A DNA stretch of 64,000 nt from Patescibacteria group bacterium (GTDB taxonomy: Bacteria; Patescibacteriota; Patescibacteriia; GWA2-46-9): contig JBAZXG010000001.1 of NCBI GenBank assembly GCA_041660005.1, positions 158,565 through 222,564 on the forward strand, given 5' to 3'. The notes beneath the pieces were generated by a model that saw only the letters and a program-made list of their open reading frames with translations, ran no database searches and was not told the origin of the DNA. The position numbers and the translations under genes were made by a program. Positions 48,801-55,790 of this stretch are shown here, piece after piece (position 1 is the first letter of the stretch; each line of letters begins with the position of its first letter).

Positions 48801-51800
48801 CTTGGGGAATCGTTACCGCGCCGACAAACTGCTGCCAACTTTGACTAAGATTTATATTCTGACCCGTAGCAAAAGTAAAGAAGGCGAGTTTGTTCGAGAT
48901 ATCATTAGCATCAGCGACATAGACACGCACAGGAGCAATACCGGCGGCAGCAGTCTTCTTGCTGAAAAGCGATACAGTAAAAGATTGACCCGACGCAGAC
49001 TGCGGGAAACTCACTAGCTGAACTAACCCACTCGCAAAAGAGCAAGCGACGCTGCTACAATCCGGCTGTTCGTAAAAATGAGGACCCTCAGCAGCAGATC
49101 CAGTTTTCAGAAAATCTTGAGCAGCATAAGTAATACCAGCAGACGTTCCTCCCCATCCTGATATCTTGCCATCAGCAGTAACAGCATTTTCAAAACTTCC
49201 GTTTATAATGGCTTCGTTATTACATTGCTGCTCCTCAACGACGCGCGGCACGGGGTTACCGGTACTAAACTGCCAACGGTAGGACGCCAATATTAATGGC
49301 AACGGCACAGTGCACGGCTTACTAACCGTCGAACAGCTGCCATCACCGCAACATTGGAAACCGGCAGCGCAAATATTCGGCGCCTGCTGGCAGGCAGTTA
49401 CAGGGTCAGAGGTAAGATAAAATCCGTCATTCCCTTTATCTACATTCATGGAAAAATTGGCCCTATTTTTCGTGATATCAATTTCAACAGAATCCGGTGC
49501 TTCGATAGCAGCAGCGGGATCACTCCTGAATGATTTTACCTTCATCGTCTCAAACTCAACCCTACCAACTACTTTCTCCACATCGGTAACGAGCGGATGG
49601 CCCCCGTACAGCACAACACGAACCTCGCCGTTGATACGTTGAACCGCAAGCCCGGGAACATTTCGGTACGCGGCAATGTCGGGATCGTTTATCGGTACGC
49701 CGTTCTGATACACGGGGAACCACTCACCATCAGCAACAATATTCGTGCCTGACCCAAGGTACACCTTTTTTTGCAAATCTCCAGCGCCAGCGTTTTGAAT
49801 AGAGGTAAAGACAACACGCGCACGAGTCGTATCGGTGCATGCTGCACCTGCGGGAACTAAGCAGGAACCAACGGTAAATTGGAGTGGGTTACTGACCGTA
49901 CCACCATCTCTCACCACACGAACGGGTCCTGAAATTGCAGCACCTGGGACAACTGCTTTAATGGTCTGATTTGCCCAATTTTTTATCTCGGCTGCAATAC
50001 CGGCAAGCGTTAAATTGGTCTGTGCTGAGTTGCCATCATAATATCGAACCGAGCCAGATTGTTGTGTCGCACCAAAGCTGTCTCCAAAATGCTGCACCAA
50101 CAGCGATGGAGGTCCATTGTCTGGTGCCAGACAGTAGAGACCGGGCGTTGGCGTATTAGTATTTACGGTAAAGACCGTATCGCGGTTACTTTCCTTGTCG
50201 TCACGACGCACCACATACACATACTGATCAGCAACAGTAACGCCCGCCGGAACTTTCAACACAATCTGTTTATTCTTCCAGTAAGAACTTGGTCCGCACT
50301 CTGCTGGAAAATCTGCCCATGATACCTCAACCGCAGTACCACCTGCTTTTGGTATAAAATACGCCTGACCGACATCCGTACCAAAGTTAGAACCAGTAAT
50401 CGTAACAACTTGCCCAACTGGTCCGGAGGACGGAGTGACAGAATCAATGACCGGACCTGGCTGGCATGATTTTACCGTAAAGTTATATGGGTTTGACTGA
50501 ACATCTGCTGCGGTTTTAATCGTAGCCCCAACAACGCCCGTATGAACGTTGGCAACCGACGAAACTACTTCGGTCGGTGTCCACACATCAACGACGCCGG
50601 GCAGTGAACCAAAAATCGCACTCCCTTTGGCGGAGCCAAAATTTTTGCCAAGGAACGAAACATTGGGAATGGCGGGATCGTTCACGCAGGCGGCAGACGG
50701 CGTTATGGCGCAAAGTCCTGGTCGAATAGTGGCATTGACATCAAAGTCTGGTAACACGGGTCCGGGTGCTTCATTTGTGCGATCGATGAGGTTAAGCGCC
50801 GTACTCACTTCAACTGATCCATCAACTGCGGCAGCGGGAACTTCCACAATGATTTGATTATCTTGCCAAGTTGCTGCCGTGGAACATACCGACGGCAGCG
50901 CAGCTACGGTATCGTCACTGTTCGCCGGGTCGTCTTTGGCATTACCATCGCCGTCTTTGTCCGTACCAAGGAAAGTGACAACGCCGGGTGTTGTTCCAAA
51001 ACCACTGCCAACAATGGCCACGTAGTTACCTGGCGCGCCGTCGTTGGGTAGTACGGCGGTGATAACAGGTGACTCTGCACAGATACAGGAATCAGGATCA
51101 CAGGCGCTCATCACCGCGCATCCAAACGGATCCGGCTGGCAGGACGGCGCAGTGGTGTCACTATCGCATGATGAACCAGGACAGGCACCGCAAGAACCAC
51201 CACAATCTAAGCCCGTTTCGTCGCCGCTCACTTTGCCATCAAAACAAAAGCCAGGACGAATCTTTACGGTTTTTTCAACCAACGGCGGTTCGTTCTCGTG
51301 GCTTGCAAAGTCAAAGGCCTTTACCTGAAGCGTTCGTGTAGATCCAACCGTAAAACCATTCGTACTCCAAGCAACACCTCCAGTAAATGGAGTATACGGC
51401 GCCGCAGTGGGAGCGGCGTCTCCTATATATGGGGTGGCGGCTTCTTTATCATAAAATTCTAAACGGGAAATGCCGTAGTCGTCCCGACCAACTGCACTCA
51501 CGTTCACACTCGAGTCAACGGGCACTTGACTGCCAACTGGCGCTTTAAAAGCAACCGTTGGCGACTTCGTGTCAACATAGTCCCCTGTCTCAAAGGTTGC
51601 CTTACATGGGTTACTCGGATAGGTACAGTTGAGCGCTCGACCACTAACGCTGCGAATGACTCCGGAAGTCAACTCAACAGTGTAGTTCGTGTTTGATGCT
51701 AAGCAAGACAAAGACTCATTAGGGACGTCACACTTTGCAAGCGGCGTGAAACTGATGCGACGATTACCGGATGCTGCTTGGCTGGTGTCTAATGTCCCGG

Positions 51801-52509
51801 CAATAATTGCTGAAGAATCTGCTGTTGGGTAGATGCGTACTGAATCGCTCGTGGTGCCGTAGGTGAGTGTTGCAACGTCTACCCCTTCATTAAATTGTAC
51901 CTGCACGACACTATTTCGCGGTGCGTTCGTCGTGCTATTCGGCGGCGAGTAACGGCTAACGACAAAAGCATCTGGTGGTTGTGGTCTACAGCCAGGGAAT
52001 AATGTACAACCACCATAATTATAAATACCGTCTCCGTTGGTATCGCTACACGTTCGCTCACCCGCACATGTACCAATAGAACAAGAAATGGGCGGATCCC
52101 CAGCACTACACGCTTGCCCAGGAGGAGGATTAATAAGGGTTCGCAATAGATAAGAAGCAATTGCAAAAGCAGAGAGAATGATAACGAGCCCAATACCTGC
52201 ATTAATGAGAACGCTGCGTGCTTGACGAATCCGCTCTTCGTTTCCTGCCGCAGTCATCCAAAGATACCCACCATACATAATGAGCCCGACGGCGATGAGG
52301 CCGAGGAACCCAAGGAAGAAACGAATGATACGAGCGATCAAAATTTTTAAGTCTCCCCCACCTCCACCGAGACCGATATTGTTACCAATAGTGTTAATGC
52401 CGGTATCCAAATTCTGCGCAAACACCGGCAGTGCAGCGAGCACAACAAAAGCAACAACCGCCAAGGCCAGCCAGCCAGCGTGTACTTTCCTTTGTCGTAC
52501 TTTCAACAT
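39856..52509 (-). CDS. Giant 4217-aa multidomain cell-surface protein with N-terminal pilin-like 2-helix anchor
   Basis: 12,654-nt ORF without stop; signal peptide ..PVFAQ; IPT/TIG-like, Big/SbsA-Ig-like, CBM4_9-like (NGSFENAV..GW), InlB B-repeat-like, DxDxDG, BNR-like (STNDPTW) segments. Confidence 0.85.
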   Translation of the reverse strand: MLKVRQRKVHAGWLALAVVAFVVLAALPVFAQNLDTGINTIGNNIGLGGGGGDLKILIARIIRFFLGFLGLIAVGLIMYGGYLWMTAAGNEERIRQARSVLINAGIGLVIILSAFAIASYLLRTLINPPPGQACSAGDPPISCSIGTCAGERTCSDTNGDGIYNYGGCTLFPGCRPQPPDAFVVSRYSPPNSTTNAPRNSVVQVQFNEGVDVATLTYGTTSDSVRIYPTADSSAIIAGTLDTSQAASGNRRISFTPLAKCDVPNESLSCLASNTNYTVELTSGVIRSVSGRALNCTYPSNPCKATFETGDYVDTKSPTVAFKAPVGSQVPVDSSVNVSAVGRDDYGISRLEFYDKEAATPYIGDAAPTAAPYTPFTGGVAWSTNGFTVGSTRTLQVKAFDFASHENEPPLVEKTVKIRPGFCFDGKVSGDETGLDCGGSCGACPGSSCDSDTTAPSCQPDPFGCAVMSACDPDSCICAESPVITAVLPNDGAPGNYVAIVGSGFGTTPGVVTFLGTDKDGDGNAKDDPANSDDTVAALPSVCSTAATWQDNQIIVEVPAAAVDGSVEVSTALNLIDRTNEAPGPVLPDFDVNATIRPGLCAITPSAACVNDPAIPNVSFLGKNFGSAKGSAIFGSLPGVVDVWTPTEVVSSVANVHTGVVGATIKTAADVQSNPYNFTVKSCQPGPVIDSVTPSSGPVGQVVTITGSNFGTDVGQAYFIPKAGGTAVEVSWADFPAECGPSSYWKNKQIVLKVPAGVTVADQYVYVVRRDDKESNRDTVFTVNTNTPTPGLYCLAPDNGPPSLLVQHFGDSFGATQQSGSVRYYDGNSAQTNLTLAGIAAEIKNWANQTIKAVVPGAAISGPVRVVRDGGTVSNPLQFTVGSCLVPAGAACTDTTRARVVFTSIQNAGAGDLQKKVYLGSGTNIVADGEWFPVYQNGVPINDPDIAAYRNVPGLAVQRINGEVRVVLYGGHPLVTDVEKVVGRVEFETMKVKSFRSDPAAAIEAPDSVEIDITKNRANFSMNVDKGNDGFYLTSDPVTACQQAPNICAAGFQCCGDGSCSTVSKPCTVPLPLILASYRWQFSTGNPVPRVVEEQQCNNEAIINGSFENAVTADGKISGWGGTSAGITYAAQDFLKTGSAAEGPHFYEQPDCSSVACSFASGLVQLVSFPQSASGQSFTVSLFSKKTAAAGIAPVRVYVADANDISNKLAFFTFATGQNINLSQSWQQFVGAVTIPQAYTAKEFYVVIELPKAGFDVDAVNLSWTSSSTQSPSPWKGSVDACTNAQVSVRFTTPIDTVATPKTALVVADCDSDPDCKQPKPGVSPAALQFFTYTDNLNIENGGFTADVGGFTLNHWYEARVTKAVKSDKGVSPDKDYIWRFQAKSDTCAVASLSCQPSSHKLTAKDEQESLSAGLQAANCNILSCPSGSVAWSSSSALVASVDPGLTGCHNTATAVSEGTTKVKAASPADPAARVGECRVNVIFEAPKVIEPFPSCDAACLNAAIGAVFSRPLTASTFTYTAAPVWTDSVQLYKCANADCIISDKTTTERIGITEPIYIVIPAKEETPKRYQVSFTAANGYLQKETYYRVILTKDIRSEEGKSLETNYKEKDVDGNTIDAYSWVFKTKSTICAVDRVINIPDKATLRTIGATEDIVAQPFGAPDSCNATGERLAAISYDYGWNSTDADVATITNNNVLKQIDSSGHVVVGSYVDPRQVATAVGKAPSCSVAPTYQCATDVTASVGLCTIDSDGNGAADTCDNQPKKCTTTSDCAVIGKSTLTLQCGFIAPQACISATQNVIGNSSFEITKAGSTDPLTGWGDDTDSTKMYASTVLTTGNAADGRQYYRQPDCHTTTCPFDEGLVTFIDMPYAVANQAYDFSFAVRRPGSAERVRVYLAKSDNILDKLAFVDFIGDDPRVVTTTNKWSAHSGTVTFGSAVTGNKFFLVLELPTGVEVDSVSLIPHVCAKQLKRACSTSSQCNVDASGLSLNVCGSGNPVGTCNAQLKCSNDSHVSCDNGDGTGNDLFCSFAVNKGGCCGIRPWVTSITGAESPADGTICRNAAFTVMFSQPMDRTSVEQNTSLEWLDNVGELNADGLPDCNLEESLKVAEATPMSQFFGFVRRLFLNEAGAAAGSGWCKVLGTKVLASTVFPDGSSPVTKAIISVSSLLDKKLKYRVVVHGENATDPTGGARSTAGIALDGDKNQEFPDPSASTPPGVGNHICKVDNIQVNIAPVLSTEMSISQPRTLIQPYDLFACYGDHCNCSSDTGGVKLGCRQTTTGEVPEDQNSAPGTGNQHVYQATAVDAIGQALSANYVWSKEDPLPLLSLANTTTPELETTFANKPSDNRTRFALVNVSASLGSDSDTMGSNRVPVTFMLCRQPWDNGPLQDGPPPAGDSPTNFYTTYCQDTSRSVCSNDKNKSCANDKQCGAGNSCVPELLPNFSNTKIDAPAGANQLGILAEWILKAPTIDPTHPDPDAIGVRVVRNDRHLTPSQWYAEQPFSKGAPESLVIDGYPAIRDGRTIYIGAANTSGVDVNGDGVSDPVFFTNVYIFSYNQGAQATTQNVYNQLVQNLIFNIDDLTVGNCREQATGRAEVTRFCSNNNSKACTQDSDCGSGNTCGVVKQCIFNSDCGSGYVCANTKSKVTRDVKRLSDVVNMSTTLSAYQYGSSCPAVTPGAPGDANCNGVINGYDISLTEWYRANPGSIPSYCRGADTDTDGDVDATDVSNVTKTVTSSCQRPADRTTNYPLLAAGTYVTGTSTSRWPSWVATLGNELGRQLPQDPIGVFAACEAGGTESTLGTAMLKHDSNTCWDEVSKTYASHFATLDAAKEKITKVEPPPDVPWSFDPAQLTETHVYTYSAYGRCSTTTAQACIVDSQCPTGEKCQGQGQDYALCSFVESVFTPFPALLNQVTGGDRLCLVTDTAVRDRLPAPPPGPIMDGGGTIIPPNPQLKPLQLTLTGSGGGRVKVRFVSGGSVVDTCVKPASVSATCEFAYDVDTNVLLEAVLDNADFSLGGWGGACSGQSACSVVMSTPKIVTQSFRNVSTLQVLNSSEAGDATVVVTASSGRQTCASINDTCSLAFDANTSVDVEIFPKVGSTFGGWVNSCTGVENGTRCEGVTVTRTVTLQVNLTAAQPTAELSLLNGTSYIDGALITVSWTTTNATDILLTSDGNVADRVNMTELPPNGSSTVVAKMGMTTLTLTATGPGGTTTKSVSFTVNVPSGINNFIATPSLIQNRDCSDLTWTETGAAPTTRTITVHADDGSLDRTISGNAAAAPVHDCPSNNAPTNITYTLNISGPGESASATTTLAIVKPAKVTKFEVAGPNNQFGASADVVAGDNITFRWETTDATSGGVAIDQGVGVVTPEASGTKQATASTSQTYKITATGRVGAPDQKSVTVTVHQAPSVTLTPASDPSASSVFIDPAGSETLNWNVTPVADFVRISSFTNVPPASYNVSSAQGSVVVSLGADTSQTYTITVQGYGSLTATDSVTVSKRPTVNLIVSGSGLGRLGYATARGTGNCTNDPSSSDPMTPCSFNPNPGDAVVLLATPNGSAQFTGWTNCPSATGNRCNFSASAAGGSLSVTATFEAVQQLTLQKIDNTFPNPPVVNGNVVVESAPAGWPTPTANDGVSNGFTENYLKNSSITLRATSVVNSGTFQGWGGACTSAGASPTCTISMTGEQTVTAKFVTKPQPVTLFVIGPQGGNCNVSNRGGSTVINGTTYSCTVSQYNAACLDVSAPCAPNSLLAFTWGGGTGASSYEINPGSISGITGTRWPASGTKQIPGSGAYTVTAVNGVGQTVSNSVDIWIAGWPNEDIAATNVTATYNDGTSPRAVFSSATNGYLFYTGKNNTCQYVRGTRGGTGFTWAASVDIAANCRHIVSWYDQWTPAPFNTGSLIHLGASRAQAGGNNANTIQYSTLNTVGNTLTTLGPTGVAVGIVDAPQLISATKAVDGKNYFTLSSQVSTSASSFSDQCPLSSNACSRITNNPYPETDNEAPQLVPLASDDATGKMLLYHYNSITKTLNARVWVGPNATSSWGSEQPVLTAAENVIMTGYAGDGFSAVTNPTTGESIVAYRQDQGVVSNDDFIALKRRTKSSTFGTVVGSNITGVAGGGFQGVALALDSRSGYLYIAYAERTTTQSTTTIKYRRSVLSTNDPTWVSAGWTAPIPVITVQGDYHGLTLNYLSRDIIYASAVDASTNRLRGAIVNILTPPSSP

Positions 52510-52514
52510 AAGTA

Positions 52515-54704
52515 TTACGGCGCGTTAGCTGTTACGTCACCCGGCACATTGCTCTGCCCATTGACCGGACCATTACTGGGGTAGAAACAATTTTGGTAGG
52601 AATCATGAATCACTGAACCGTAACGCGGCTCATACTTTTTATGCGACTGCGACCCAGATAGGCTCGGGTCTTCAAGCCCACTGTGATTTAACGAAGCGTC
52701 TTCTCTGCCGCAAAAGTCGAGTGTACCACCGTTACAATCTTTATTCAGATTGCAAGCCATTAAACCTCCTACTTCGGCACTGTGGGTGAGACTGCATACC
52801 TGCTCGCATTTATTCGCAGGGTCGTTATTCAATGCCAAACACTCTGCTGTTGAAGTACAAGGAACAACTTTAGTCGGATCACTCAGACTCGGTAGGGTGC
52901 AAATATGCACGGGCTGTTGGTTTGTCGTAAATGCGTAAGGGTAGGGCACGTATGGATCACCAACTTTGTCCTCTTGATAAAACGCAATTGGTGCGTGTGG
53001 TTCGGGTCGAGCAGGATTCGTTTTGTCGAGATAGGTACGAATGATACTGAGCCGTCTGTTAAAGCGAGCAACAATCGGCGTCTTGGGATTAACCCCTTCC
53101 TTGTTAACTTCCGGAGTCACGTTAATAATTTCTGGGCCACTCGAGACAATGGTGTCTGTTGTTTTGAACGACCAGGAAAAACTGTCTTTCGGCGGACCGT
53201 CCGCAGTGCCGTCACCACTTGGCATACGTAATTGCTGATGACCTTCACTATCGAGCACGGGATTACCGTTACTATCCTTTTCAATGTTCTTGCTGCCATC
53301 GAGTGAGTTACTTGCCATATCCACCACACCGTCAAATATTCCATTGCCCGGCGACGGAGTACAGGCGCGCGACGGGTTGTTCGACGGTTCCGGTCCGAGA
53401 TTACATCCAGGGTCACTCCAAAGCATGGCTGCTTTCACATCCGCACTCACCGTCACACTTGCTGGCAGGCAATAAATCGTCTGGTTGCAGGAATTGGTGC
53501 CACAGGGATCAGACGAAACAAATTCCACCGTACGATACCCATTACCAATGCTGAATGTTCCGTTGACCGGCGTATTACCATTGTCGGCGTTCGCTACAAT
53601 TAAATTATTGAACCCATCGGCAGTACTACCGCTCGCGCTAATCGGGTTGACCGCTTCATTAAAGGTAACCTGTACAACGGTATTACGTGCCAGTTCGTCA
53701 TACTCCCAAGGAAGTACGTCAATGATTTTTGGCGGGGTCGTGTCGATGATGGTGGAAACTTCGAAGGACCATGCGTACTTACTATCCTGTACGAGGAAAC
53801 CAGAATCTCCGTTTTTCTTTGTAAGCGTAGTATGCACCGTCGCTCGATGCTTAGTATTGACATCAGGCAGCCCAAGAAGCGCTGCGCCGTGCAAAATAAA
53901 GACAAATACCTTCTCGTCGTTGGTGTAAACGTCAAAGCTTGAAAACTGCTTATACCCCGTTCCGTCACCTGGATCCCACGCTAGATCAAAAACATTTTCA
54001 TTCATGGTGCCACACCACAAAACGGAACAAGTCACCGTGCCAAAGTCTTCACCTTTACTCACCGCATTACTGAGAAACGACTTCGGGAGACTAGCAATAT
54101 CCGCCGCGGTCTTCGGGTCTTTATGAATAACCAATATGGGCTCCCTGAAAGTGATTGCCATACTGGTATTTCTCGGAACATTTTTTTGATCACGCCCGGG
54201 GTAGTGATCTTCAATGATACCGTTCCCTAGTGCAAAACAGTTACTGCAGGGTGGCGGTGAACCCGACCCATTATTGGTGTTGCCGCCCGTACCAACCAAC
54301 CAATTGAGCAAAAACGAAACAATGCTAAAGGAAATTAAAATGATAACGAGACCAATAGCTCCATTACGGAGCACTTTCTGGGCAAGTTCAATGCGTTCAC
54401 TGTTGCCGGCAGATGTCATCCAGAGGTAACCGCCGTAGAGGACGACACCGATAGCAAGGAGACCAAGGAAACCAAGCAGCGCGCGAATAATGCGCGCTAT
54501 TAAAATTTTTAAATCCCCCGAACCGGCACTGAGGCCGGAATTGTTTGAAAAATTAGTAAGGCCGGTATCAAGCCCTTGCGCCAAGGCAACGACCGGAAGA
54601 AAAGCAAAAATGACGGCAACCCCGAGAGCGAGTGAATGGCGCAGCGTCAACCAGGGCAGAATAGTTTTGTTCCGTCGTAGAAAAAAGGCCTCGGATATTG
54701 CCAT
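52515..54704 (-). CDS. 726-aa surface protein (start chosen at MAISEAFF; the ORF opens at 54779 as 754 aa) sharing the pilin-like N-terminal module of the giant protein
   Basis: GDLKILIARIIRALLGFLGLLAIGVVLYGGYLWMTSAGNSERI..IGLVIILISFSIVSFLL nearly identical to giant protein residues 50-122; Ig-like FNEAV segments; stop 5 nt before giant gene ATG. Confidence 0.7.
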   Translation of the reverse strand: MAISEAFFLRRNKTILPWLTLRHSLALGVAVIFAFLPVVALAQGLDTGLTNFSNNSGLSAGSGDLKILIARIIRALLGFLGLLAIGVVLYGGYLWMTSAGNSERIELAQKVLRNGAIGLVIILISFSIVSFLLNWLVGTGGNTNNGSGSPPPCSNCFALGNGIIEDHYPGRDQKNVPRNTSMAITFREPILVIHKDPKTAADIASLPKSFLSNAVSKGEDFGTVTCSVLWCGTMNENVFDLAWDPGDGTGYKQFSSFDVYTNDEKVFVFILHGAALLGLPDVNTKHRATVHTTLTKKNGDSGFLVQDSKYAWSFEVSTIIDTTPPKIIDVLPWEYDELARNTVVQVTFNEAVNPISASGSTADGFNNLIVANADNGNTPVNGTFSIGNGYRTVEFVSSDPCGTNSCNQTIYCLPASVTVSADVKAAMLWSDPGCNLGPEPSNNPSRACTPSPGNGIFDGVVDMASNSLDGSKNIEKDSNGNPVLDSEGHQQLRMPSGDGTADGPPKDSFSWSFKTTDTIVSSGPEIINVTPEVNKEGVNPKTPIVARFNRRLSIIRTYLDKTNPARPEPHAPIAFYQEDKVGDPYVPYPYAFTTNQQPVHICTLPSLSDPTKVVPCTSTAECLALNNDPANKCEQVCSLTHSAEVGGLMACNLNKDCNGGTLDFCGREDASLNHSGLEDPSLSGSQSHKKYEPRYGSVIHDSYQNCFYPSNGPVNGQSNVPGDVTANAP

Positions 54705-54714
54705 GCGTTTTTGT

Positions 54715-55188
54715 TTACTTTGAGGAATCTTTTTGTTTCGCCAGCACTTCACGAACAACCGCCGCAACTTCACTGCCATCTATCGCTCCTTTCAGATCTC
54801 GCATCACCGCTTTCATAGCTTGACCAAAATCTGTGATCCCTTCCTTATGTAACGTTTCAACGACGAGCGCAACACGACGTTTCGTTTCTTCTGGATCAAG
54901 TGCTTGCGGTAAATATGCAGAGAGCACAGCGATTTCTTTTTTCGCTGCATCAATTAAATCTTGTCGTGCAGCTTTGATAAAGTCTTCCAGCGCATCTTTC
55001 TGGCGTTTCACTTCTTGACGAATGACCGTTGCAACAGCCGCGTCATCTAATTCTTTGACCGCACTGGTGCGCGCCGCGATCACAGCATTCTGCAAGGCCG
55101 CACGAAGCGTGCGTAAAATTGATACGCGTTCCGCCTCATGCGCCTTCATTGCTGCTATAAAGTCCTTCTCAATGCGTTCAAGTAACAT
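54715..55188 (-). CDS. yqeY: GatB/YqeY domain protein
   Basis: MLLERIEKDFIAAMKAHEAERVSILRTLRAAL typical YqeY N-terminus; follows rpsU. Confidence 0.85.
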   Translation of the reverse strand: MLLERIEKDFIAAMKAHEAERVSILRTLRAALQNAVIAARTSAVKELDDAAVATVIRQEVKRQKDALEDFIKAARQDLIDAAKKEIAVLSAYLPQALDPEETKRRVALVVETLHKEGITDFGQAMKAVMRDLKGAIDGSEVAAVVREVLAKQKDSSK

Positions 55189-55221
55189 ACGGCTCAGTTA
55201 ACGAAGATGTTAACAATTACA

Positions 55222-55482
55222 TTAACGAGAACGACCGCCGCCTTTGGCTGACCGCTTCTCGTCTTCTTCAGTAAGACGACCAACTTTTCGTAAGTATTCC
55301 ATCTGCTCCCGCTTACCGGCACGAACCAATGCATTCTTGCGTGCTTCGGTACGGCTTTTTTCACGCGTCAAAAAACGAACCTTCCGAGCCTGTCGCATAC
55401 GGCCGCTCCGTTGTAGCTGCCGAACGAACCGACGAAAGAAGGCTTCAAAACTTTCACCCTTTTTCCTCTTTATTTCGACCAC
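55222..55482 (-). CDS. rpsU: 30S ribosomal protein S21
   Basis: MVEIKRKKGESFEAFFRRFVRQLQRSGRMRQARKVRF matches S21 consensus. Confidence 0.85.
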   Translation of the reverse strand: MVEIKRKKGESFEAFFRRFVRQLQRSGRMRQARKVRFLTREKSRTEARKNALVRAGKREQMEYLRKVGRLTEEDEKRSAKGGGRSR

Positions 55483-55733
55483 GTACTCACCTCACTTTCT
55501 TATTGCAGCCGCTCAAGCGGTCGTGCATAAATAATGGTCGATCGTTTTTTCTTCGCTCACTTGAAAAATGCCGACTACTCTACATCTGAACATTTTTCGA
55601 AACTCAAGTAAATTGCGAAGACAAAAAACGATTCGTACGTTTTATTCTAACACATAGAGAGGCGCTAAGTCAAAAGTATAATAACCTTAGGATTCTTGAA
55701 TGAGACGCTCGGCTACGGTCCCCTTGCATGACG

Positions 55734-55770
55734 AAAAACCACCCAGTGTACCTGAGCGGTTTTTTGTAAT
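55734..55770 (-). terminator. Intrinsic terminator after hisS (minus strand, G-U-containing stem)
   Basis: Minus transcript AAAACCGCUCAGG-UACA-CUGGGUGGUUUUUC. Confidence 0.5.
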
Positions 55771-55790
55771 TTCTCGAATGGCAGAATTAA

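Noticed and set aside
54705-54779. Upstream start (MAVKLRRLF...) for the 754-aa protein
   Set aside because: It would overlap the yqeY 3' end by 65 nt. The signal-peptide-like sequence begins at MAISEAFF (54704), so the later start is preferred
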